A DNA stretch of 64,000 bases, from positions 18,135 to 82,134 of the forward strand of contig CAZYTH010000004.1 in assembly GCA_964649715.1 (NCBI GenBank), given 5' to 3'. Below, piece by piece: positions 29,740 to 39,800 of this stretch; position 1 is the stretch's first letter; every line of letters begins with the position of its first letter. The notes beneath the pieces were generated by a model, which saw only the letters and a list, made by a program, of their open reading frames with translations, had not been told where the DNA came from and made no database searches. Source of the DNA: an uncultured Candidatus Saccharibacteria bacterium (lineage in GTDB: Bacteria; Patescibacteriota; Minisyncoccia; Phycocordibacterales; UBA12445). The position numbers were made by a program, and so were the translations under genes.

Positions 29740-29822
29740 GGGCATTGAATTTTTTCATATTTGAAAGTATAATATTTGCCAGAATAGTCTTTTGTAAAAA
29801 AAAATAAGGAGGTCATCTTTCA

Positions 29823-30272
29823 ATGAGAAAATGTCTCGTTCTGGTGTCGGTGCTTATCGTGTTGTTTTTTGTTTTCCCTATCGATGTAAGCTCGCAAAGT
29901 ATTACGCCAAAAGATGATTCAACGACCGTTGCTATTTCGAGCGGACCAAGCGAACTTGAAGAATTCTATCGCACTTCAATGGTTGGCTACTACGATGTTG
30001 TTATTTTCCCCGAAAAGCAGGACAAGAAAAGCATTGGAAATGCTATAAAAAAAGCTACCAAGGAGTTCATGGAAGCGCTTATCAGCTTGTGCGAATCGCA
30101 CAGCGTTGCTTTTTCAATTCTGTCCAAAACCGGACCGGATCAAATTGACTACAAAGAGAGACTCTCTTTTATTATCTCTCTTTCCGGCAAGAATGCCGAC
30201 ATTACCGAAGTGGACAGAGCGCTTCAAGACAAATATGAAGACCTGCCCAAACACGACCCATACGGTCCCTAA
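29823..30272 (+). CDS. hypothetical small secreted protein (cassette B of the higher-GC island)
   Basis: Strong SD aaggaggt, signal peptide, about 42% GC. Followed by two hairpins. Confidence 0.5.
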   Translation: MRKCLVLVSVLIVLFFVFPIDVSSQSITPKDDSTTVAISSGPSELEEFYRTSMVGYYDVVIFPEKQDKKSIGNAIKKATKEFMEALISLCESHSVAFSILSKTGPDQIDYKERLSFIISLSGKNADITEVDRALQDKYEDLPKHDPYGP

Positions 30273-30285
30273 ATAAGGACCGTCC

Positions 30286-30316
30286 AACCCACACACCGCA
30301 AGTGTGGGTTTTTTAT
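30286..30316 (+). terminator. terminator hairpin aacccacac-accgcaa-gtgtgggtt + T6 (copy 2)
   Basis: Same 9-bp stem as 28550-28576. Preceded by a second hairpin acggtcc-ctaaataa-ggaccgt that spans the stop codon. Confidence 0.7.
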
Positions 30317-30513
30317 TAATTTAATTCGCCACTTTGGGGCTTTTTTTATTATATCTAATCTGGTATCCTTTAATTCACCCCGTTTAGTAAAATTTTATAA
30401 AAAAATTTAAAATTTGTTTGTGGGGGTGGTAGAATAAAAAACAATATAAGAACAAGCTTTTAATAAAAAGTTAATTAAAAAGTAAAAAAACAAATTTTTA
30501 CTTAACAGGGTAA

Positions 30514-33354
30514 ATGAAAACGAAGAAATACGACCACAATAAGATAGAGGGTTCTTGGCAAAAAAAATGGACAAAAGCCAAACTCTTTAAAACAGAAAAG
30601 CCTGGTAAAAAACCAAAGTGCTTTGTGCTTGACATGTTTCCATTCCCATCAGGCGACGGACTTCATGTCGGACACCCAAAGGGGTATATCGCAACTGATA
30701 TATATTCCCGATACAAGAAAATGAACGGCTTCAACGTTCTTCATCCTATGGGATGGGATGCCTTTGGTCTTCCAGCGGAAAACTATGCCATTAAAATGAA
30801 GATTCATCCCGAGGTTGCTGTTAAAAAAAATATAAAGAGATTTAAGGGTCAGCTCCAAAAGATTGGATTCAACTATGACTGGGAAAGAGAAATAAGCACG
30901 GCTGATCCTGCTTATTATAAATGGACTCAATGGATATTTCTTCAGCTGTTTAAAAAAGGCCTAGCCTATGAATCTTATGAACCGATAAATTGGTGTCCTT
31001 CGTGTCAGACAGGACTCGCAAACGAAGACCTTGACGGTGATACCTGTGAGAGGTGTGGTTCAAAGGTAGAAAAGAAACCAATGAGGCAATGGGTTCTTAA
31101 AATTACAGATTATGCTGAAAAAATGCTTAAAGACTTAGACGGTATTCCTTGGTCGGAATCAATAAAAGAGCTTCAGAGAAATTGGATAGGTAAATCAGAG
31201 GGCACTTTAATAAAATTCCCAATCTTCAATTCTCATTTTGAAATAGAGGTTTTTACAACAAGAGTCGATACTATTTACGGATGCACTTATGTTGTCTTAG
31301 CACCGGAACACCCATTTCTTAAGAATAATGAATTGGGAATAAATAACTACGAAGAAGTAAAGAAATATATAGAGGAAGCGAAAAATAGGCCGGAGATAGA
31401 GAGGCTTGCCGAAAAAAAGGAAAAGACAGGCGTGATATTGGAGGGAGTTTCTGCAATCAATCCATTCAATAATGAGAAAGTTTCTATCTTCGTGGCCGAT
31501 TACGTCCTTGGAAATTATGGGACGGGAGCGGTAATGGCGGTGCCGGCACACGACGAAAGAGATTACGAATTTGCCAAAAAACAAAACTTGCAAATTAAGA
31601 AAACGGTGGCTCCCATAACAGGTGAACCGAAAGAAGCCGAGGAGTTTAGGAAGAGTATCGTGGCCCTGATTGAGAATAAAAAAACAGGTGAGTTCCTTTT
31701 ACTTGATTGGGGGGAGAAATTTGGCGGTCATCTGCTTATCGGCGGAGGTCTTAAAGACCGTGAAGATTTGGTTGAATGTGCAAGAAGAGAGGTCGCAGAG
31801 GAAACCGGTTATAAAAATTTGAAATACATCGGACAAACTGAGATTATTCATCATCACTATTTTGCATTTTCAAAAAATAAGCAGAGGTACATTGAGGCTG
31901 TTGGGATTCATTTTGAGCTTGATGGCGACAAGATGGTTCAGCAAGAGCTTGAGGAAGATGAAAAAAGTAAATTTAAAGTTGAGTGGATACCAAAAGAAGA
32001 AGCTGAAAAATTAATAAAGGACCCCCTGCATAATTATGTTTTCCAGAGTTTAATAAATGGGAAAATATATACCGGAGACGGGATTCTCTTTAATGCTGGA
32101 GTTTATTCAGGAATGACATCAACCGATGCCCGAAAAGAAATGTCTTTATGGCTTGAAAAAAATAAATTTGGAAAGAAAAAAATAAATTACAAAATAAAAG
32201 ACTGGGTTTTTTCAAGACAGAGATATTGGGGAGAACCAATACCTGTTGTTCATTGTGAAAAATGTGGAATTGTAGCTATTCCAGAAAAAGAATTACCCCT
32301 ACTTCTTCCTAAGGTAAAAAGTTATGCTCCTACCGGCACAGGAGAGTCGCCTTTGGCTAATATTTCAAAATGGGTAAATACAAAGTGTCCAAATTGTAAG
32401 GGTAAAGCAAAAAGAGAAACAAACACAATGCCCAATTGGGCCGGTTCTTGTTGGTATTATCTAAGATACATAGACCCAAATAATAAAAAAGAGATCGTGG
32501 GCAAAAAAGGAGAAAAATACTTTATGCCCGTAGATTTGTACGTTGGCGGAGCAGAACACGCCACAAGACATCTCATATATGCTAGATTTTGGCACAAATT
32601 TCTTTTTGATATTGGCGTGGTAAGTCACAATGAGCCGTTTAACAAACTACATAGCGTTGGCCTTATATTGGCAGAAGATGGCAGAAAAATGAGCAAGAGA
32701 TGGGGAAATGTGATTAATCCAGACGATGTTATAAAAACTTATGGAGCAGATACTCTTCGCGTTTATGAAATGTTTATGGGTCCCTTTGGACAATCAATAT
32801 CATGGAAAACAGAGAATATGATAGGATCCAGAAGGTTGATAGAGAAAGTTTGGAGGATGCAGTTCAAGATAGACAATAAAATTAAAGCGGATAAAAAAAA
32901 TATTTCAAAACTACACGAAACAATAAAAAAAGTTTCAGAAGATGTTGAAAATTTTAGTTTTAACACAGCGGTGAGCGCGATGATGATATTCGGCAACGAG
33001 TTAGATTCAATAGAAAAAATACCGGAATCTATATATAAAAGTTTTTTGCTTTTATTTTCTCCTTTTGCTCCGCATGTTACAGAAGAAATATGGCACAACA
33101 TAGGTTGTAATAATTTTATCTATAATGAGAAATGGCCAAAATTTGATCCTGCGAAAATAAACAAAAGTGATTTTAATCTTATAATTCAGGTAAATGGCAA
33201 GACAAGGGATACTGTCTTGGTTGAAATCGGAACAGGTGAGGAGAAAGTCAAAGAAATTGCATTAAGCAAAGAAAACGTAAAAAGGAACATCGAGGGAAAA
33301 ATAATCAAGAAGACAATTTACGTTAAGGACAAACTGATCAATATTGTTGTTTAG
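30514..33354 (+). CDS. leuS: leucyl-tRNA synthetase with an inserted Nudix-hydrolase-like domain
   Basis: HIGH (HVGHPKGY), CP1 editing motifs (TTRVDT, GTGAVMAVPAHDERDYEFA) and KMSKS (KMSKR). Between the editing domain and the KINYKIKDWVFSRQRYWG core block sits an extra segment of about 145 aa with a perfect Nudix box, G-x5-E-x7-REVxEExGY, spelled GGLKDREDLVECARREVAEETGY. Confidence 0.9.
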   Translation: MKTKKYDHNKIEGSWQKKWTKAKLFKTEKPGKKPKCFVLDMFPFPSGDGLHVGHPKGYIATDIYSRYKKMNGFNVLHPMGWDAFGLPAENYAIKMKIHPEVAVKKNIKRFKGQLQKIGFNYDWEREISTADPAYYKWTQWIFLQLFKKGLAYESYEPINWCPSCQTGLANEDLDGDTCERCGSKVEKKPMRQWVLKITDYAEKMLKDLDGIPWSESIKELQRNWIGKSEGTLIKFPIFNSHFEIEVFTTRVDTIYGCTYVVLAPEHPFLKNNELGINNYEEVKKYIEEAKNRPEIERLAEKKEKTGVILEGVSAINPFNNEKVSIFVADYVLGNYGTGAVMAVPAHDERDYEFAKKQNLQIKKTVAPITGEPKEAEEFRKSIVALIENKKTGEFLLLDWGEKFGGHLLIGGGLKDREDLVECARREVAEETGYKNLKYIGQTEIIHHHYFAFSKNKQRYIEAVGIHFELDGDKMVQQELEEDEKSKFKVEWIPKEEAEKLIKDPLHNYVFQSLINGKIYTGDGILFNAGVYSGMTSTDARKEMSLWLEKNKFGKKKINYKIKDWVFSRQRYWGEPIPVVHCEKCGIVAIPEKELPLLLPKVKSYAPTGTGESPLANISKWVNTKCPNCKGKAKRETNTMPNWAGSCWYYLRYIDPNNKKEIVGKKGEKYFMPVDLYVGGAEHATRHLIYARFWHKFLFDIGVVSHNEPFNKLHSVGLILAEDGRKMSKRWGNVINPDDVIKTYGADTLRVYEMFMGPFGQSISWKTENMIGSRRLIEKVWRMQFKIDNKIKADKKNISKLHETIKKVSEDVENFSFNTAVSAMMIFGNELDSIEKIPESIYKSFLLLFSPFAPHVTEEIWHNIGCNNFIYNEKWPKFDPAKINKSDFNLIIQVNGKTRDTVLVEIGTGEEKVKEIALSKENVKRNIEGKIIKKTIYVKDKLINIVV

Positions 33355-33425
33355 TAAAAAAGATAAAATTATTCCTGTTATCCTCGCCTGTGTGGGAATG
33401 ATAAAGAAAAAGTAAAATTGCAACA

Positions 33426-33454
33426 TTGACAAAATCTCTCTATTTTGCTATCTT
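33426..33454 (+). promoter_or_regulatory. putative sigma70 promoter of rpoBC (TTGACA-17-TATCTT) bracketed by an inverted repeat
   Basis: ttgaca at 33426-33431 and tatctt at 33449-33454. Flanking IR attgcaacattg / caattgttgcaag. Confidence 0.45.
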
Positions 33455-33638
33455 ATGTTCAATTGTTGCAAGATTGAGTAATTCTTGAAATTCCCTTTAT
33501 TATAAGCCGTAGCGAGGCTATATATCTTGCATAAAACTCTTATAAAAAATAACCGCAGTTAAGCGGAGGAAACTAATTTTGTAAAGTTGGTTGTTTTTGT
33601 TTTTAATAATTTTTAAGTTTAATAATATTTAAATTAAA

Positions 33639-36600
33639 ATGGAAATAAAAAAGAAATTTTTCTCAAAATACAAAAAACCAATGATGTCACTACCTGATCT
33701 GGTAGAAATGCAGAAGAATTCTTTTAAGTGGATAGTCGAAAAAGGGCTTTGTGAAATATTCAAAGAGTTTTCTCCTATAAAAGATTATACTGGCAAAAAA
33801 TTTGAATTAGAATTTACCGGTTATGATTTGGATAAACCAAAAACAGATGAGCATGAGGCCAAGTTAAACAGGGCCACATTAAATAGTGCGCTTAAGGTTC
33901 GTGTTAAATTAAAGAATAAAATATTAAATTATGAAAAAGAGCAGGAAATATTTTTGACGGATTTTCCTGCAATGACCCCACATGGAACTTTTATAATAAA
34001 TGGTGTTGAAAGAGTTATCGTTCCACAACTGGCTCGAAGCTTTGGGGTTTTCTTTACGGCCAACGAGAATAAAGGTAAAAAATATTTTGGAGCAAAGATA
34101 ATACCAGTTCGTGGAGCATGGATAGAAATAGAAACAGAACCAGATGATGTTATGTATGTAAGAATAGATAGAAGAAGGAAATTCCCTGTCTCATCCCTTC
34201 TTAGGGTTTTAAGCGGAGCAACTGATACCGATATAATGAAAATCTTTTCTGGAGATATTTCTTTGGAAAATGTTTTGGAAGGGAAGGAGGATGTTAGTGG
34301 TGGTGTTAATTATATAAAGAATTCATTTATAAAAGATTCAGCAAAAACAATTGATGAGTCTTATCTTGAAATTTACAAAAGACTCAGAGACAGCGATATC
34401 GCCACGATTTCTAGCTCTAAAGAATTTTTAACTGATCTTTTCAGCGAAGAAAGGTACGATCTTTCCTTGGTTGGTAGATTTAGATTCAACAAAAGATTTG
34501 GTTTAGAGACAAAAGAAAAAGATCTTGCAGTAAGAACTCTTTCCTTTGATGACATAATTAAGATAATTAAGAATATTATTGAATTAAATAATACCCCAGG
34601 GGCAAAAGAAGACGATATAGACCACCTTGGACTCAGAAGAGTTAGGTGTATCGGGGAGATGCTTCAGCTTAAAATGAGAGTCGGTATGTCTCAAATGAAA
34701 AGAAATATTCAAGACAGAATGTCTACAATTGACAACGAAACAGTTCTTCCTATTCAATTGATTAACCCAAGGCCTCTTCAGGCAAGAATAAAGGAATTTT
34801 TTACAACAAACCAACTATCCCAATTCATGGGACAGGAAAATATTCTTTCAGAATTGGAACACCTAAGAAAACTGTCAGCCTTTGGACAAGGAGGACTAAC
34901 AAGAGAGAGGGCTGGATTTGAGGTTAGAGACGTACATACTTCTCACTATGGAAGAGTTTGTCCAATACAAACACCAGAAGGTCCGAATATCGGTTTAATC
35001 TTAACGCTTTCTTCTTATGCGAAAGTGAACGATCTCGGAGTTATTGAAACTCCTTATATTTCCGTAAAAAATGGAAAAATAACAGATGAGGTAAAATATA
35101 TCAATGCATTAGAAGAAGAAAATCACAACATAGCCCATGCCGCTATTGATTATGGTGATGATGGAAAACTAAAGAATGAACTGATTGAGGCTAGGGCTAA
35201 CGCTAACCCAAGTTTGGTTAGCAGGGACAAGATAGATATGATTGATGTTGCTCCTAATCAGGCTTATTCTATAGCAACTTCCATGATACCTTTTCTCGAA
35301 CATGACGATGCCAACAGGGCGTTGATGGGTTCCAACATGCAAAGACAAGCCACACCTTGTATCGTGGCAGAAGCACCATTAGTTGCCACTGGCATTGAAG
35401 AAGAAGCTGCCAGGAGCACAGGAAGACTTATCTTTTCAGAATATGAAGGTGAGGTTTTCGCCGTTGACGCTAAAAAGATAATAATAAAATCTAGCAAAGG
35501 TGAGAAGAAAGAGTATCCTTTGGTGAACTTTTCAAGAACAAATAGTTTTACTGTTTTTCATCAAAGACCAGTTGTTGAGCTTGGCCAGAAAATAAAAAAA
35601 GGACAATTATTGGCAGACACTTCGTCTAGCGACAGGGGGCAAGTTTCCATTGGTCAAAACGTAAGGGTGGCTTTTATGAGTTGGGGTGGAAATAATTACG
35701 AAGACGCTATAATTCTTTCAGAGAGAATGGTTAAAGAGAGTAAATTTACAACAATACATGTTGAAGAATTTGTTGTTAATGTTAGAGACACCAAGCTCGG
35801 CCCAGAAATAACAACTCACGATATTCCAAACGTCGGAGAAATTAAACTAAAAAACTTGGATGAAGATGGCATCGTAAAAGTTGGAGCAGAAGTTCACCCT
35901 AACGATATTCTTGTAGGAAAAATAACACCCAAAGGAGAAACGGAACTGACACCAGAAGAAAGGTTATTGCGATCCATATTCGGAGAAAAATCAAGAGACG
36001 TAAAAGACACCTCCTTAAGAATGGAACATGGAAAGAGGGGAAGGGTAATCGGTGTAAAAATATTTTCAAGAGAAAGGGGTGACAAAATGGAGTCTGGAAT
36101 AATAAAGAGAGTTCACATAGAAATAGCTCAGCTTAGAAATATATCCGTCGGGGATAAGCTTTCGGGAAGACATGGAAACAAAGGAATCGTTGCCAGAATA
36201 CTTCCCATAGAAGATATGCCCTACATGGAAGACGGAACACCAATAGATGTTATTTTAACTCCTCTTGGGGTACCGAGTCGTATGAACCTGGGTCAAATAC
36301 TTGAACTACATCTTGGACTTGCAGCAAATACCCTTGGGTATCAGGCAATAACACCTCCTTTTTTGGGTGTTACTGAACAAGAAATAAAAGAAGAATTAGT
36401 TAAAGCAGGATATCCTGAATCTGGAAAAATAAAACTTTTTGACGGTCAGACAGGACAACAATTCGAACAAGACGTAGCGATGGGATATATGTACATGCTT
36501 AAACTTCACCACATGGTTGAAGATAAGATACACATGAGATCCGTCGGTCCATACTCATTAATAACACAACAACCTCTTGGTGGTAGGGCTCAAGGAGGGG

Positions 36601-36830
36601 GACAGAGATTTGGAGAAATGGAAGTTTGGGCACTTGAAGGATATGGAGCCTCTCATATACTAAGAGAAATGTTAACGATAAAATCTGATGACATCGTTGG
36701 AAGGGCATCTGCTTTTGACTCTATAGTAAAAGGTGAAAAGATTAAAACTCCAAATATTCCTGCATCTTTCAATGTGCTCGTAAATGAATTAAAAGGTCTT
36801 GCTCTTGACGTGGAGCTTAAAAATATTTAA
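33639..36830 (+). CDS. rpoB: DNA-directed RNA polymerase subunit beta
   Basis: Conserved RpoB blocks throughout (GVERVIVPQL, the rifampicin-region-like block GLTRERAGFEVRDVHTSHYGRVCPIQTPEGPNIGL, and NMQRQA). 1063 aa. Confidence 0.95.
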   Translation: MEIKKKFFSKYKKPMMSLPDLVEMQKNSFKWIVEKGLCEIFKEFSPIKDYTGKKFELEFTGYDLDKPKTDEHEAKLNRATLNSALKVRVKLKNKILNYEKEQEIFLTDFPAMTPHGTFIINGVERVIVPQLARSFGVFFTANENKGKKYFGAKIIPVRGAWIEIETEPDDVMYVRIDRRRKFPVSSLLRVLSGATDTDIMKIFSGDISLENVLEGKEDVSGGVNYIKNSFIKDSAKTIDESYLEIYKRLRDSDIATISSSKEFLTDLFSEERYDLSLVGRFRFNKRFGLETKEKDLAVRTLSFDDIIKIIKNIIELNNTPGAKEDDIDHLGLRRVRCIGEMLQLKMRVGMSQMKRNIQDRMSTIDNETVLPIQLINPRPLQARIKEFFTTNQLSQFMGQENILSELEHLRKLSAFGQGGLTRERAGFEVRDVHTSHYGRVCPIQTPEGPNIGLILTLSSYAKVNDLGVIETPYISVKNGKITDEVKYINALEEENHNIAHAAIDYGDDGKLKNELIEARANANPSLVSRDKIDMIDVAPNQAYSIATSMIPFLEHDDANRALMGSNMQRQATPCIVAEAPLVATGIEEEAARSTGRLIFSEYEGEVFAVDAKKIIIKSSKGEKKEYPLVNFSRTNSFTVFHQRPVVELGQKIKKGQLLADTSSSDRGQVSIGQNVRVAFMSWGGNNYEDAIILSERMVKESKFTTIHVEEFVVNVRDTKLGPEITTHDIPNVGEIKLKNLDEDGIVKVGAEVHPNDILVGKITPKGETELTPEERLLRSIFGEKSRDVKDTSLRMEHGKRGRVIGVKIFSRERGDKMESGIIKRVHIEIAQLRNISVGDKLSGRHGNKGIVARILPIEDMPYMEDGTPIDVILTPLGVPSRMNLGQILELHLGLAANTLGYQAITPPFLGVTEQEIKEELVKAGYPESGKIKLFDGQTGQQFEQDVAMGYMYMLKLHHMVEDKIHMRSVGPYSLITQQPLGGRAQGGGQRFGEMEVWALEGYGASHILREMLTIKSDDIVGRASAFDSIVKGEKIKTPNIPASFNVLVNELKGLALDVELKNI

Positions 36831-36840
36831 TTAAAATAAC

Positions 36841-39800
36841 ATGAAAGAAGAACAAACATTGGATTTTAATGCGATAATGCTTAAGCTCGCTTCTCCCGAT
36901 AAAATAAAAGAATGGTCATATGGGGAAGTCACAAGACCAGAAACAATCAACTATAGAACACAAAGAAGCGAAAGAGGGGGTCTTTTCGATGAGAGAATTT
37001 TTGGACCAGAAAAAGACTATGAATGCTATTGCGGAAAATACAGAAGAATAAGATACAAGGACATAATATGTGAAAAATGCGGAGTTGAAGTAACAAGATC
37101 TATCGTAAGAAGAGAACGAATGGGACATATTGAGCTAGCAGCTCCCGTTGCTCATATTTGGTTTCTAAGGGGAATACCATCAAGAATTGGTTTGCTTTTA
37201 GACCTTTCGATTGCTGAGTTAGAAAAAGTTGTTTATTTTGCAGGCTATATAATAACCAAAGTAAACAAAGATGAAAAAGAGAGATTGCTTAAAGAGCTTG
37301 ATAGGGAATTCAAAACAAAGATAAAATCCGTAAACTCAGCCGAAGCAAAAGAAAGCATAAAAAGTTCGTTACTAGAGGTAAAAAAAGAAATTAATTCCAT
37401 AAGAGAAGGGCTGGTTCTTGACGAGCCAACACATATCAAATTTACCTATAAATATGGAACTGTTTTTGAGTCGGACATTGGAGCTGAGGCCGTCTATAAA
37501 ATGTTTTTAAACATAGATTTAGATAAAATTATTTCTGAATTACACGAAAGAATAAAAACCGCGGGAACCGTTGATAAGGTAAAAATTCAGAAAAGATTAA
37601 ATCTTGTAAGGCACATGAAAAAATCTGGGGTCAGACCAGAGTGGATGTTCCTAAAGGTTATTCCAATAATCCCACCAGCGCTAAGACCAATGGTTGCTCT
37701 TGACGGTGGCCGACACGCAACTTCAGATGTTAATGATCTATATAGAAGGGTTATCAACAGGAACAATCGTTTAAAAAAACTTATCGAAATTAATGCTCCT
37801 GAAGTTATTTTAAGAAACGAGAAAAGAATACTTCAGGAGGCAGTAGATGCCTTAATAGATAATTCCATAAGGCACGGAAGCAATTCTGCCGGAGCAATGT
37901 CATCGGCACAAAGAAGACCGTTGAAATCCCTGGCTGATATACTAAAAGGAAAGCAAGGTAGATTCAGACAAAATTTACTTGGAAAAAGAGTAGACTATTC
38001 CGGAAGAAGCGTCATTGTTGTCGGTCCAGAGCTACACCTTGATCAATGTGGTTTACCAAAGCACATGGCCTTGGAATTATTTAGACCATTTGTTATTTCT
38101 AAGATTTTGGAAAGAGAATTAGCTTATAACATCAGGGGAGCAGGAAGGCTTATTGAAGATGCTGTTCCAGAGGTTTGGGCTATTCTAGAAGAGGTTATAA
38201 AAAACAAGTTTGTTCTTTTAAACAGAGCGCCCACTCTACATAGACTTGGCATACAGGCTTTTAGGCCAATTCTTATTGAAGGTAATGCGATTAGAATACA
38301 TCCACTGGTATGTACCGCTTTTAATGCAGATTTCGATGGGGACCAGATGGCTGTTCATGTCCCGCTTTCTGATGAAGCACAGGAAGAAGCTAGGGAAATA
38401 ATGTGTGCTGCTAAAAATCTCTTAAGACCGGGAACTGGTGATCCTATTGTTACACCAAAACTTGATATCGTTCTTGGTTGCTACTGGATGACGAAAGTAG
38501 TAGAAGGAGAAAGAGGAGAGGGCAAAATATTTCCAACCCCAAACGCAGCAATTTCTGCATATGACTACGGCCAGGTTGGTTTTAGAGCAAAAATAAAAAT
38601 AATGGGAGGGGAAAGTGAGAAATACAAAGAATTCAAAGACAAAATTCTAGAGACTTCTGTCGGTAAAATTCTCTTTAATAGTGTGTTGCCTTCTGATTTT
38701 AGATATTTAAATCACGAAATAACAGGAAAGGAAATGCCCACGCTTATAGAAGAGCTTATTGAGATATACGGAACAGATGCAGTGCCCGCTATTCTAGATA
38801 AAATAAAAAGCTTCGGTTTTAAATATATTACTCTTTCTGGAATAACGTGGGGCATTGATGATCTTCGAGTTCCTTCAGAAAAACCTTCAATTGTTAAAAA
38901 AACAAAAGAAAATGTTCTTGGTATAGAAAAAAATTACGAGGAGGGATTCATATCCGGTGAAGAAAAAAGAAAAATGGTAATATCAGCATGGCGTTCTGCT
39001 TGGGACGAAACACAAAAACTAGTCCCAAAGACACTAGACCCAAATGGAGGGGTCCACGACATGGTTACATCAAAAGCCAGAGGGTCAATTGCCGCTCTAA
39101 GCCAAATGTGCGGAATGAAGGGTCTCATTATAAATACATCAGGTCAAACATTGGAGTTTCCTGTTATTCCTTCCTACAAAGAGGGATTGTCTCCTCTTGA
39201 ATATTTCATCACAACCCACGGTTCAAGAAAAGGTTTAACCGATACGGCCTTGAACACATCAAAAGCTGGATATTTAACAAGAAGGCTTGTCGATGTTGCT
39301 CAGGATGTTGTTGTTTCCGAAGAAGACTGTGGAGAAAAGAACGGTAGAGTGATTCGCGCAAAAGATGTCCTAGAAACAACCATTAGTAATGCTTTGAGAG
39401 GGAGAGTTCTCGCAAAAGATCTTTCTGATAAAGACGGGAAGGTAATCTTTAAAAAGGGACACTTGATAATGAAGAAGGATCTCAAAACAATAGACGACCA
39501 CATCGTTGACGAAGCAACAGTATTTTCTCCTCTCACCTGTACATCAACAAGAGGTGTCTGCCAGAAATGCTATGGTTTAGATCTTGGAAGAAACAATTTA
39601 GTTAAGTTGGGGGAAGCTGTCGGTATAGTTGCAGCTCAAGCGATAGGAGAACCAGGTACTCAGCTTACGATGAGAACATTCCACTCCGGAGGTGTTTCTG
39701 AAGCTGGTGGAGACATAACAATGGGTCTGCCACGAATCGAAGAAATTTTTGAAAAGAGAGCACCAAAGAACAGCGCTGTTATCTCAGAAATAGATGGACA

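Noticed and set aside
30400-30513. T-box riboswitch upstream of leuS (GGGTGGTA match at about 30425)
   Set aside because: Only 8 nt of the T-box core match. The downstream CCGCG and the specifier/antiterminator architecture are absent.
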